The notes beneath the pieces are model-generated. The model was not told the origin of the DNA, did not search any database, and saw nothing but the letters and a program-made list of their open reading frames with translations. This document shows, one piece after another, positions 8,455 through 16,520 of a stretch of 26,036 nucleotides of DNA. The stretch is from an uncultured bacterium (GTDB lineage Bacteria; CAZSTA01). How positions within the stretch are numbered: the stretch's first letter is position 1; each line of letters starts with the position of its first letter. A program made the position numbers and the translations under genes. The stretch is from the NCBI GenBank assembly GCA_964609495.1, contig CAZSTA010000028.1, forward strand, positions 1-26,036, given 5' to 3'.

Positions 8455-8895
8455 CTATTCCTCACCTAGATAATCCAGCCAAGTTCTTATCTTCCCTCGA
8501 AATACGAGGTAATAAGCTATAGTCAATGCGGCGAAGAGGGTGAAGATGTCGAGTGAGGCTCCCAATAAAGCAACAACTAATCCATATACTGCAATACCTT
8601 CTCCTAAAGCGAAGATAACTAATCCTTTACTCAATATGTCATTGGTGGACAATTGGGCTCTTCGTTGCTTGAACAAGATATTCTCTAAGAGAAATCCCAC
8701 TCCAAATTGAATTAAGGATACTAATAGTAGCGATATAACCAGTATATTCAAAGTCGAGGATTCTAATTGAAGTGAGAGAATATCTCTGAGAAGCAGAATC
8801 ACGATTAAGTAAATACCCATAGGGATTATACCGATCAGAAAAGCAAATAACTCTAATTTAGATCTCAATCTTTGTCTATCTGAAGAGGTATCCAT
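8455..8895 (-). CDS. small hypothetical membrane protein (about 4 TM)
   Basis: 146-aa hydrophobic ORF with a GAAGGGAG RBS, packed tightly between the M1 peptidase and MFS genes. Confidence 0.5.
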   Translation of the reverse strand: MDTSSDRQRLRSKLELFAFLIGIIPMGIYLIVILLLRDILSLQLESSTLNILVISLLLVSLIQFGVGFLLENILFKQRRAQLSTNDILSKGLVIFALGEGIAVYGLVVALLGASLDIFTLFAALTIAYYLVFRGKIRTWLDYLGEE

Positions 8896-8920
8896 CTTAT
8901 GCGCTCCCTTCTCAATCGGT

Positions 8921-11083
8921 TTACAGAAGTCGAATAAGCTTTGGTAAAGAGGGAGCTAACATAAAGAAGTTGTCGAGGAGCATCCACACGAGAATAGTGA
9001 GAAATATAAAGTTTCCTCTTATCCAGTTGCTACCTCTCTTGTAAAGGATGAGTGAACTCAAGAATAGAGATATTATAGAGACAGAGATTATATAGTAGGT
9101 GTTAGTAGAGGAGATGAGTTGATAAGTGTTATCATAGCTTACCATCCCTATCTCAGTTCCATAAGTTTTGATCGTTATTTTTCCTATGATTTGAAGGACG
9201 AGAAGTACCAGAAGAAGGATGAAGAAAGAGCGATCGGTAAGATTTTTGCGCCTTCTGAGCCAAGAGTATATCAAAGCTATTACTACAAATAGCAAGAGGA
9301 TGGGCGAATTCCAAAGAAGAAGCTGATTGAAAAAGAATGATATCAGGGCTATCAGGTGGATTCTGAGCGATCTTCGATTATTAGTCCGATCTATATCGAT
9401 TATTCTGTGATCGGGATCGATCTCAACCATCTCTACTCGAGATATAGTATTTATCTCGATCTGTGCTTTTTTCCCTTCTACCTCCCATCTTCTTATAAGT
9501 TCCTTGCCCTTGGGAAGGAGAAAATGAATCTCGACCGGCATATCTATCTCGCCCAACTGCTTGATTAGGACTTCAGTTTTAAACGCTCCCTCGCTTCTAG
9601 TAGTATGAGCTTCCTCTATAGCATAATCACATCGCTTATTAGTTCTCAGCCACTCATCGAAGAACCATCCTAATTTTTCTCCACTCACCTCTTCGCATAT
9701 TTTTATGAAATCGGAGATGTGAGCTATTTTGAATTTATATTGCTGATAATAGATATTGAATATCTTATTAAAGTTATCATCTCCTACCAGGAAAGCCAGA
9801 GAGTCACATATAAGAGCTCCTTTGCTATATACTAAAGAATCATAGGTTTTATAGTCCTTAAAATCATAGACCGGGGAGAGCGTTGTTTGCTCGATACTTG
9901 GATTATTTTGGACGAAGCCGAGATAATCTCTCTCCAGATAAGAGCGCAGAGCTGAACCTTGAGAATTCCTTCCGTGCTTATCCTCAAGATGACGCATTGC
10001 CCAATAGCTAGCTACAGCTTCATCTAACCAAGGCTCCCTTATCTGATCGTTTCCTATGATATTATACCACCATTGATGGGACACCTCATGACCTATAATG
10101 AATTCAAAGATGAGAGAGCTAGAGGTGGTTAGGGAGTACAGGTTGTTGCCCATAAAGATCAGATTGGGATATTCCATCGCTCCATTACCTAATGGCACTT
10201 CGGCTATAGTTAGTTGAGCATAGGGATATTGTCCCACTGTGCTATCCAGATACATCAGCATCTCTTTTGTAAATTTCCAAGCCTCCTCTCCCCCTCTTTT
10301 ATGCTGAGGAAGGTATAGAGAGCGAATCTTTATACCTCTGACCTCCTTCTCCAATATCTCATAATGGGGACTGCAAACTAAAGCGAAATCTCTACTCGGA
10401 GCAGAAGTAACGAGGTGAAGGGTTTTTATTCCATCTCCCCTATTTATAGTCTCTTTGATCTCCCCCGTTGTTCCCACCACTTCACTTTCAGGTAGGTTTA
10501 TTTTAACTTCGTATAAAGCCGCTTCGCTATAGAATGGATCCCCTAGGGGATAATAGGGATCCAGACGCCAATTCCCCTCTTCATAAACCGCTAGAATAGG
10601 ATACCAGTTTCCTAGATAAGTTACTCCTCCATCATACCCAAAGCGAAAGCGAACATTTGGTATCTTCTCCTTAAACTTTATCCTCAAAGTTATCTTCTCA
10701 TTCGGAGGGAGAGTATCTTTCAGAGGGACTCTCATTACAGTTCCTTCGATATCTGGGATAAGTTCATAGGAATGGACGATATCTTCGACAGCTTCGATAT
10801 CTATATAGCCACTATCAAAGCCATTCGGATATTCGGGAATAAAGCCGTCTTTGGTAAAGATCACAGTATCAGAAGTTTTAAACGCATTAGGATAAAGATG
10901 AAAATATAGCTCGGATAACCCTGCCCCGGTATCGTTAAAGAAGTTCACCAACTCTTCGCCCTCAAGAGTATGATTTTCGGTATCAAGTGTTACCTCTAAG
11001 GAGTAGGAATTATATTTATCTTCAGCAAGGGTGGGAAGGGATAGGATAAACAGCAGTAAAATAGGTATTATTACTCTTTTCAT
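8921..11083 (-). CDS. M1-family zinc metallopeptidase (aminopeptidase N-like) with an N-terminal signal peptide and a C-terminal multi-TM anchor
   Basis: GAMEYP (a GAMEN-like exopeptidase motif) and HEVSHQWW...EPWLDEAVASY (HEXXH-X18-E zinc motif). The signal-peptide-like N-terminus is MKRVIIPILLLFILSLPTLA. The last ~150 aa are hydrophobic. RBS GAGGAG. Confidence 0.85.
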   Translation of the reverse strand: MKRVIIPILLLFILSLPTLAEDKYNSYSLEVTLDTENHTLEGEELVNFFNDTGAGLSELYFHLYPNAFKTSDTVIFTKDGFIPEYPNGFDSGYIDIEAVEDIVHSYELIPDIEGTVMRVPLKDTLPPNEKITLRIKFKEKIPNVRFRFGYDGGVTYLGNWYPILAVYEEGNWRLDPYYPLGDPFYSEAALYEVKINLPESEVVGTTGEIKETINRGDGIKTLHLVTSAPSRDFALVCSPHYEILEKEVRGIKIRSLYLPQHKRGGEEAWKFTKEMLMYLDSTVGQYPYAQLTIAEVPLGNGAMEYPNLIFMGNNLYSLTTSSSLIFEFIIGHEVSHQWWYNIIGNDQIREPWLDEAVASYWAMRHLEDKHGRNSQGSALRSYLERDYLGFVQNNPSIEQTTLSPVYDFKDYKTYDSLVYSKGALICDSLAFLVGDDNFNKIFNIYYQQYKFKIAHISDFIKICEEVSGEKLGWFFDEWLRTNKRCDYAIEEAHTTRSEGAFKTEVLIKQLGEIDMPVEIHFLLPKGKELIRRWEVEGKKAQIEINTISRVEMVEIDPDHRIIDIDRTNNRRSLRIHLIALISFFFNQLLLWNSPILLLFVVIALIYSWLRRRKNLTDRSFFILLLVLLVLQIIGKITIKTYGTEIGMVSYDNTYQLISSTNTYYIISVSIISLFLSSLILYKRGSNWIRGNFIFLTILVWMLLDNFFMLAPSLPKLIRLL

Positions 11084-11128
11084 AGCTCAACTCCTCTTCG
11101 GAGAAACAGCTTTTAAGGTTCGCTTAGC

Positions 11129-11157
11129 ATTATACATCTTTTATATCTCTTTGTCAA
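11129..11157 (-). promoter_or_regulatory. perfect consensus sigma70 promoter on the minus strand (TTGACA-17nt-TATAAT) driving the M1-peptidase operon
   Basis: The reverse complement of 11152-11157 is TTGACA and of 11129-11134 is TATAAT, with an exact 17-nt spacer. It lies about 45 nt upstream of the start codon at 11083. Confidence 0.55.
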
Positions 11158-11260
11158 CATCTATAATGGGAGTTCGGGAAATTGAAAGTGTATATCCTCA
11201 AGTTATCATTTTTTAAGGACTGTTGATCATTCCGAGATTACTACTAGCCAAATAAAATAT

Positions 11261-11290
11261 CTAGTAAGTGATAATAGTAATTATTACTAG
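11261..11290 (+). promoter_or_regulatory. Fur-family-like operator candidate: perfect 7-1-7 palindrome TAGTAAT-T-ATTACTA (11275-11289) nested in the larger CTAGTAA...TTACTAG, abutting the -35 of the prx promoter
   Basis: Palindrome read from the sequence. It matches 13/15 positions of the Zur box TCGTAATnATTACGA and 11/15 of the PerR box TTATAATnATTATAA. Its position immediately upstream of and overlapping the -35 is typical of a repressor site. Confidence 0.4.
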
Positions 11291-11296
11291 AAAAAC

Positions 11297-11325
11297 TTGT
11301 ATTTTATCCTTGAATATGTTATAAT
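11297..11325 (+). promoter_or_regulatory. sigma70 promoter TTGTAT-17nt-TATAAT for the prx operon
   Basis: -35 at 11297-11302, -10 TATAAT at 11320-11325, about 200-nt leader to the prx ATG. Confidence 0.45.
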
Positions 11326-11530
11326 ATGAGTTAAGGTGGGGCATAAATATCTCTAACTTTCTTAGAGCAAACTTGAATCAGACAGAGCTGACAAGGTTAC
11401 AGTTTAATAAGAATGGTTATAGAGATTCTTTGTTGAATTATATCTCACTTTCATTTAATTGATTTCAATATTTAGAGATAACAGGCAAAGATTGGCTTGA
11501 ACCAAAAAATAAGAAAGGAGGATAAAGAAT

Positions 11531-12193
11531 ATGGAAGAGGAAGAGACTATCGAAATGAAGGAAGCTGTTTCAGTGCCTAGACTTGGGGAGCCAGCCCCAA
11601 CCTTCGAAGCTGTAACTACCCAAGGGACAGTGCGGCTCGAGGATTTCAAAGGTAGTTGGCTGATAATGTTCTCCCATCCAGCCGACTTCACTCCAGTCTG
11701 CACCACTGAGTTTATGGGTTTTGCCGAGATCTATGAGCCACTTAAAAAACGGGGTGTTGAGTTGATGGGCCTCAGTATTGACAGTGTTTATTCCCATATC
11801 GCTTGGGTGCGCAATATTGAGGAGAAGATGGGAGTCAAGATCCCATTTCCCGTAATTGCAGATCTAAACAAGGAAGTGGCAAGTCTTTACGGGATGATTA
11901 TGCCCGGGGAGTCGAAGACGGAGACTTCTCGCTGTGTTTTTGTGATCGATCCAAATGGGATCCTGAGGGCTATGATTTACTATCCGCTTACTACCGGACG
12001 TAACATGCAGGAGATTCTACGTCTAATCGATGCCTTGCAGACTACCGATAAGCACGGTGTTGCTACGCCAGCCAATTGGGAACCTGGCGATCCAGTGATT
12101 GTGCCACCTCCTAACACTCAAGAGATGGCAGAGCAGAGATTAAAGGAAGGATATGAGTGTAAGGATTGGTATTTCTGCAAGAAGAAACTTTGA
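11531..12193 (+). CDS. peroxiredoxin, 1-Cys (Prx6-like) type
   Basis: Peroxidatic Cys motif FTPVCTTE, a Prx6-like C-terminal extension, and an AAGGAGG RBS 9 nt upstream. Confidence 0.85.
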   Translation: MEEEETIEMKEAVSVPRLGEPAPTFEAVTTQGTVRLEDFKGSWLIMFSHPADFTPVCTTEFMGFAEIYEPLKKRGVELMGLSIDSVYSHIAWVRNIEEKMGVKIPFPVIADLNKEVASLYGMIMPGESKTETSRCVFVIDPNGILRAMIYYPLTTGRNMQEILRLIDALQTTDKHGVATPANWEPGDPVIVPPPNTQEMAEQRLKEGYECKDWYFCKKKL

Positions 12194-12210
12194 TTTGGAG
12201 GGAGTAAATT

Positions 12211-12432
12211 ATGGCGTGTATAAATCCAGATGGTACTTTGACTCCTTCGGCTAAAGTGATATTATCCGCGGTGCAGAAACCTTCCACCCCGGAGGATGTG
12301 CAACAAGCTACTGAATTACCGCTTTTCCGAATTAGGAGCAGTTTTCGAGAGCTATTAGCTGCGGGTTTAATTGAGGAACAAGAAGGTAAATATGTGATTA
12401 CAGAAGAGGGTCGTCAAAAAATTACAACTTAG
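12211..12432 (+). CDS. small winged-helix DNA-binding protein (candidate regulator)
   Basis: 73-aa ORF with GGAGGG RBS. The predicted helical core is followed by a ...GKYVITEEGRQ beta-hairpin wing pattern typical of small wHTH proteins. Confidence 0.45.
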   Translation: MACINPDGTLTPSAKVILSAVQKPSTPEDVQQATELPLFRIRSSFRELLAAGLIEEQEGKYVITEEGRQKITT

Positions 12433-12514
12433 GAATTGCAAGTTTAAGGGTTCGAGCCAATCTACAGTTAAAATCCCAGGAGGCAATTCAAAATTATATG
12501 AAGGAGGTGATAAC

Positions 12515-13066
12515 ATGGCTAAAGTAACACGAGAAATGGTGGAGAGATCAGGTGTCAATGTTGACCAACTGATAGAGTTGCTGGTCAAGAATGCCGCGGC
12601 TGAGCTTACCACTTATTACTATTACACCATCCTCCGGTTCAATTTAATTGGACTGAAAGGAGAAGGGGTCAAAGAGATTGCAGAGACTGCCCGTATTGAA
12701 GATCGGAATCACTTCGAGGCTCTTGTGCCCCGCATCTACGAACTCGGTGGCAAACTGCCGGAGAATATGAAGGATTTCCATGACATCTCAGCCTGTCCGC
12801 CTGCCAGTCTGCCAAAGGATCCGACTGACGTCCAAGCAATACTAACGGTGCTGGTGGAAGCGGAAAGATGCGCAGTGCGGGGATATACCCAAATCTGCAA
12901 TATGACTGCTGGTAAGGACCATCGGACCTACGACTTGTCTTTGTCGATTCTCAACGAGGAAATCGAGCATGAATCCTGGTTCTCCGAATTCTTGGGCGAA
13001 GGTCCCTCCGGACACTTCCTGCGTAGAGGGGAGACCTCTCCCTTTGTGTCCAAATTTCTGATGTAG
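12515..13066 (+). CDS. Dps-like ferritin-superfamily protein (DPSL / bacterioferritin-like diiron four-helix bundle)
   Basis: E/ExxH-type ligands (EAERCAV...EEIEHESW). The ~180-aa size and Cys pair (CPPAS, ERCAV) recall archaeal/bacterial DPSL proteins. RBS AGGAGGTG. Confidence 0.6.
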   Translation: MAKVTREMVERSGVNVDQLIELLVKNAAAELTTYYYYTILRFNLIGLKGEGVKEIAETARIEDRNHFEALVPRIYELGGKLPENMKDFHDISACPPASLPKDPTDVQAILTVLVEAERCAVRGYTQICNMTAGKDHRTYDLSLSILNEEIEHESWFSEFLGEGPSGHFLRRGETSPFVSKFLM

Positions 13067-13079
13067 GATGGGAATAGGC

Positions 13080-13118
13080 GAAAGGGTGTCCTTGCTTTGC
13101 CTAGGACATCCCTTTCGT
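13080..13118 (+). terminator. intrinsic-terminator-like hairpin (14-bp stem with one bulge, CGAAAGGGTGTCCT...AGGACATCCCTTTCG) followed by TCTCTT
   Basis: Read from the sequence 14 nt after the Dps-like stop codon. Confidence 0.5.
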
Positions 13119-13155
13119 CTCTTAGCAGGAGCTAAATGTTCGAGGTTTTACAAAG

Positions 13156-13392
13156 ATGAAAAAGTTCAATAAGAAAGAACTTGCCCGATATAATGGCAAA
13201 AATGGAGCTCCAGCATTCATCGCCTACAACGGAAAGGTATATGATGTATCCGCTAGTTTTCTATGGCAGGATGGGAATCATCAAGTTCTTCACAATGCTG
13301 GCGTAGATTTGACCGATGCTCTTGAACAAGCCCCCCATGGCGCGGATATGCTTGAAAGATTTCCCATAGTTGGAATGTTATCCGAGGATTGA
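13156..13392 (+). CDS. cytochrome b5-like heme/steroid-binding domain protein
   Basis: 78 aa. The pattern LARYNGKNGAPAFIAYNGKVYDVSAS...G.H matches the cyt-b5-like fold (PGRMC/b5 family). Confidence 0.6.
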   Translation: MKKFNKKELARYNGKNGAPAFIAYNGKVYDVSASFLWQDGNHQVLHNAGVDLTDALEQAPHGADMLERFPIVGMLSED

Positions 13393-13564
13393 AGTATTCG
13401 CACGTAATTGTGGTATAATAATAGTAAGATCACCTCAAGACAGGTAAGATTGATGCGAGCTCGGGGCATACAAAGTTTGTCATTCATATATCTCCTGGAT
13501 GAAATTTGGTTATGAGCGATAGAAACTCAGGCTATCTCGAGGGCATCCTACTCCAATATGAGCA

Positions 13565-13593
13565 TTGACAATAGCTAGATTGTATTGTATAAT
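13565..13593 (+). promoter_or_regulatory. perfect consensus sigma70 promoter TTGACA-17nt-TATAAT for the rubredoxin-FDP operon
   Basis: -35 at 13565-13570, -10 at 13588-13593, and a ~115-nt leader containing the 7-3-7 palindrome. Confidence 0.55.
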
Positions 13594-13687
13594 ATCAAAT
13601 ATAGCCAGCTAATTAACCTAACTTTGACGAATAGCCCAAAATAAATAATTTTATCGGGAAGTGTAACTCTTTGGAAAGGAGGGGAGG

Positions 13688-13704
13688 TTGCTAATATTTA
13701 GCAA
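13688..13704 (+). promoter_or_regulatory. perfect palindrome TTGCTAA-TAT-TTAGCAA in the rubredoxin 5' leader, between an AAGGAGGGGAGG tract and the start codon
   Basis: Read from the sequence. It could be an operator for a dimeric regulator or an RNA hairpin modulating translation initiation. Confidence 0.35.
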
Positions 13705-13715
13705 CTATATCAACT

Positions 13716-13898
13716 ATGGCAGATATGGCGAAGTGGCAATGTCTAGCTTGCGGATATATATACGATCCTGAGAAGGGGGATCCCGATAGTGGGGTAGAAC
13801 CAGGGACTCCTTTCGAGGATCTACCAGATGATTGGGTTTGCCCAGATTGTGGGGCAGATAAGGACTCCTTTGAGAGAATAGACGAATCTGAGGAGTAA
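13716..13898 (+). CDS. rub: rubredoxin
   Basis: CxxCG...CPxCG iron site ([12 protein letters not shown] ... [14 protein letters not shown]). The alternative start at 13725 (MAKWQC) gives a canonical rubredoxin N-terminus. Confidence 0.9.
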   Translation: MADMAKWQCLACGYIYDPEKGDPDSGVEPGTPFEDLPDDWVCPDCGADKDSFERIDESEE

Positions 13899-13911
13899 TT
13901 CGGATTAAAAG

Positions 13912-13949
13912 ATGGATGATAGTATTGTAGGCATGATGCTATCATCCAT
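13912..13949 (+). terminator. perfect 11-bp inverted repeat ATGGATGATAG-16nt-CTATCATCCAT located 14 nt after the rubredoxin stop. It may be an attenuator or partial terminator between rub and the FDP gene.
   Basis: Read from the sequence and followed by TAATCGAATTT. Confidence 0.4.
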
Positions 13950-14036
13950 TAATCGAATTTATGTTGAGTATAGAGCGGAATAGGAAAGGGGTGAGAAGTC
14001 TGGCGATCGCTTAGTTCGATCGACCAGGCAAAAATA

Positions 14037-15218
14037 GTGCAACCTGTAAGGATCAAAAAGGGTATATATTGGATTGGAGCTTTAAATCCTAACCTCAGGA
14101 TTTTCGATATAATTATGAAGACGGAGTGGGGAACTACTTACAACTCCTATCTGGTTAAAAGTAATGATAAGATCGCCGTCTTCGAGACGGTCAAGGATAA
14201 ATTCACCGATGATTTCATCGATAACTTAAAATCTTTGGTGGATATAAAATATATAGACTATGTGATCGTAAGTCATACCGAGCCAGATCACTCTGGTTCT
14301 CTAGGCAAGCTCTTAGAATTAGCACCTAACATCAAGGTGGTATCCTCTAAGGTAGCTTGTCGTTTTGCTCAAGAGATAATCAACAAGGAAATCGATTGCC
14401 TTACTGTTGGGGATGGCGATACCCTAGATTTGGGGGGCAAAACCCTCAGATTCTTCTCCACTCCATTCTTACATTGGCCAGATTCTATACTCACTTATCT
14501 GGTAGAGGATAAGATATTGTTCTCCTGCGACGTTTTCGGCTCTCACTATTGCGATGATAGACTATTCGACGACTTAGTTGATGATTTCACCGAGGTCAAT
14601 CGCTATTATTTCGATCATATTATGAGGCCTTTCAAGGATAATGTTCTCGAAGCTCTAAATAAGATAAAGGATTTGGATATAGAGATAATAGCCACTGGAC
14701 ATGGACCGATCTTGAGACAAGATCCCCAAAAATATATCAAACGTTATACCGATTGGGCTAGTATTCCCAGGAAAGAAGGGAATAAGAAGATCATCATAGC
14801 TTATATATCGGCTTATGGAAATACAACGAAGATGGCTAAGGAGATCGCTAAGGGCGCTTCTTCAAATGGAGTGAGGGTTTCTTTACACGATCTTATCTGG
14901 CCCGATATTCCTACTTTAGTCGATGAGATAGAGGCGGCAGATGGATTACTCGTGGGTTCGCCAACGATAAATGGTGATGCGGTAAAGCCGGTATGGGATC
15001 TACTATCGAGCTTAGCCACATTGAAGCTTAAAGGCAAGACCGGAGCCGCGTTCGGATCCTATGGTTGGAGTGGAGAAGCAGTTAAGATGCTTGAGGATAG
15101 GATGAGAAGCCTCAAGTTTAAGGTTATAGAGCCAGGGGTCAGGGCGAATTTCGTTCCCGATGAGGAGGATTTGGCGAAATGCGAGGAATTTGGAAGGAAG
15201 TTCGCTGAGGCTCTATAA
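14037..15218 (+). CDS. fprA: flavodiiron protein (class A FDP; rubredoxin:oxygen/NO oxidoreductase, FprA/ROO-like), GTG start
   Basis: N-terminus QPVRIKKGIYWIGA...GTTYNSYLV parallels Moorella FprA. Metallo-beta-lactamase-like diiron motif HTEPDHSGS. C-terminal flavodoxin-like domain (IIAYISAYGNT). Confidence 0.85.
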   Translation: MQPVRIKKGIYWIGALNPNLRIFDIIMKTEWGTTYNSYLVKSNDKIAVFETVKDKFTDDFIDNLKSLVDIKYIDYVIVSHTEPDHSGSLGKLLELAPNIKVVSSKVACRFAQEIINKEIDCLTVGDGDTLDLGGKTLRFFSTPFLHWPDSILTYLVEDKILFSCDVFGSHYCDDRLFDDLVDDFTEVNRYYFDHIMRPFKDNVLEALNKIKDLDIEIIATGHGPILRQDPQKYIKRYTDWASIPRKEGNKKIIIAYISAYGNTTKMAKEIAKGASSNGVRVSLHDLIWPDIPTLVDEIEAADGLLVGSPTINGDAVKPVWDLLSSLATLKLKGKTGAAFGSYGWSGEAVKMLEDRMRSLKFKVIEPGVRANFVPDEEDLAKCEEFGRKFAEAL

Positions 15219-15273
15219 TTATAGGGATATGGCTTAAAGACCCTATTCAAACTATTATAAAGGAAGTGATTAT

Positions 15274-16491
15274 TTGCTCCTCGAGGTAATCTGGATAATA
15301 CTTAACTCGGCAAGAGATGCTTTTATTCAAGTTGGCGTTTGGGTAGCTTTGATGTTGATAATATTCGGTTACATCGAGTATGCAACCAAAGGCAGAATCG
15401 TCGGATCGATACGAAGAGGAAGACGCTGGCAACCTTTAATAGGTGCTTTCTTAGGAGTTACCCCAGGTTGCGGAGGAGCTATCTTCGTTATGCCTCTCTT
15501 CGTCAATGGGACTGTAACCTTCGGGACTGTAATAGCTACTCTGGTAGCTACTATGGGAGATTCTTCGTGGGTGATAATAGCTGGGCTCCCTAAAGATGCC
15601 TTGCTCATTCATACTATACTTTTCGTCAGTGGGATTATCGTTGGTTATATAGTGGATTGGCTAAAGATCGGGATTAATCTAGTTAGACCGGGGAAGGAGA
15701 TAGAGGAAACATCCAGACGACTGGGACAGCAATATGCCCAAGCTGAAAATTCCTCTTTTCATCCTGAAGCTTTCAAATATGAACATTTAGAGTCGACAGA
15801 ACAGGTAGATATACTGCATGCCGCCTCCCACGTTCATCCTGACAGTATCTCCTATAACTTAACCCACAACTTCTATATGGTGATATGGATAGCTTTCTCG
15901 ATAGGCTTCATAATATCCTTCTTCACTCAGCTTCAAATAGCTGCTCCGGAGCAAGTCGATGCCATATTCGGAGGGTTTCCCATCTACAACGTAGTAGGAG
16001 TTGTAGGAACACTGCTGTGTATAATCTGGATGGTATTGAGCGACAAATTTCTCAGAGATGATACTTATGAGCAGGTAGAGGAGAAACTTGAGTCTATGCG
16101 GGAGACTTTGATCCACAGTGCTGAGGAGACCGCCTTTGTAGTAGCTTGGGTAACAGCCGCTTACATAGTATTTGAGCTCTTTCTATACCTAACTAATATC
16201 GACCTGGCATATATAGTTAACCGAGCTGGGATTATATCGGTTATAGCGGCGGCAGCTATAGGGTTGATCCCTGGATGTGGCCCTCAGATAATCACTACTA
16301 GTCTGTATATTAAAGGAGTTATCCCCTTCGCGGCAGTGATCTCTAACGCGCTGAGTCAGGATGGAGATGCGTTATTCCCCCTCTTATCCCTACACCGGAA
16401 ATCGGCTCTATATGCTACGATAATAACTACTATTCCCGCGATAATAATTGGCTGTATCTTCTATCTACTGGGAATAGGGGGCTTTAGGTAA
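15274..16491 (+). CDS. internally duplicated polytopic permease with one P-G-C-G motif per half (TPGCGGAI and IPGCGPQI). It is possibly a metal transporter of the ArsP_2/10TM-exporter type.
   Basis: 405 aa, TTG start with AAAGGAAG RBS. Two homologous hydrophobic halves are separated by a ~90-aa acidic cytoplasmic loop. The stop overlaps the ATG at 16491 of the encapsulin cargo gene. Confidence 0.6.
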   Translation: MLLEVIWIILNSARDAFIQVGVWVALMLIIFGYIEYATKGRIVGSIRRGRRWQPLIGAFLGVTPGCGGAIFVMPLFVNGTVTFGTVIATLVATMGDSSWVIIAGLPKDALLIHTILFVSGIIVGYIVDWLKIGINLVRPGKEIEETSRRLGQQYAQAENSSFHPEAFKYEHLESTEQVDILHAASHVHPDSISYNLTHNFYMVIWIAFSIGFIISFFTQLQIAAPEQVDAIFGGFPIYNVVGVVGTLLCIIWMVLSDKFLRDDTYEQVEEKLESMRETLIHSAEETAFVVAWVTAAYIVFELFLYLTNIDLAYIVNRAGIISVIAAAAIGLIPGCGPQIITTSLYIKGVIPFAAVISNALSQDGDALFPLLSLHRKSALYATIITTIPAIIIGCIFYLLGIGGFR

Positions 16492-16520
16492 TGCTTTCTG
16501 ATTTGGAAGGAGGTGACAAT

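Noticed and set aside
11031-11216. 61-aa plus-strand ORF (11031-11216) and 83-aa/75-aa minus-strand ORFs (11455-11797) in the divergent promoter region
   Set aside because: They overlap the mapped consensus promoters and gene starts, and have no RBS and no recognisable domains. They are most likely non-coding.
13675-13689. AAGGAGGGGAGG as the rubredoxin Shine-Dalgarno
   Set aside because: It lies ~27-36 nt from either candidate start codon, which is too far. The real initiation signal is unclear, possibly leaderless or structure-assisted, so it is not annotated as an RBS.
16491-16520. Cargo ORF start at 16491 overlapping the permease stop
   Set aside because: The in-frame ATG at 16521 is preceded at ideal spacing by GGAGGTGA. 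The 16491 start has no SD. It is kept as an alternative because such overlaps do occur.
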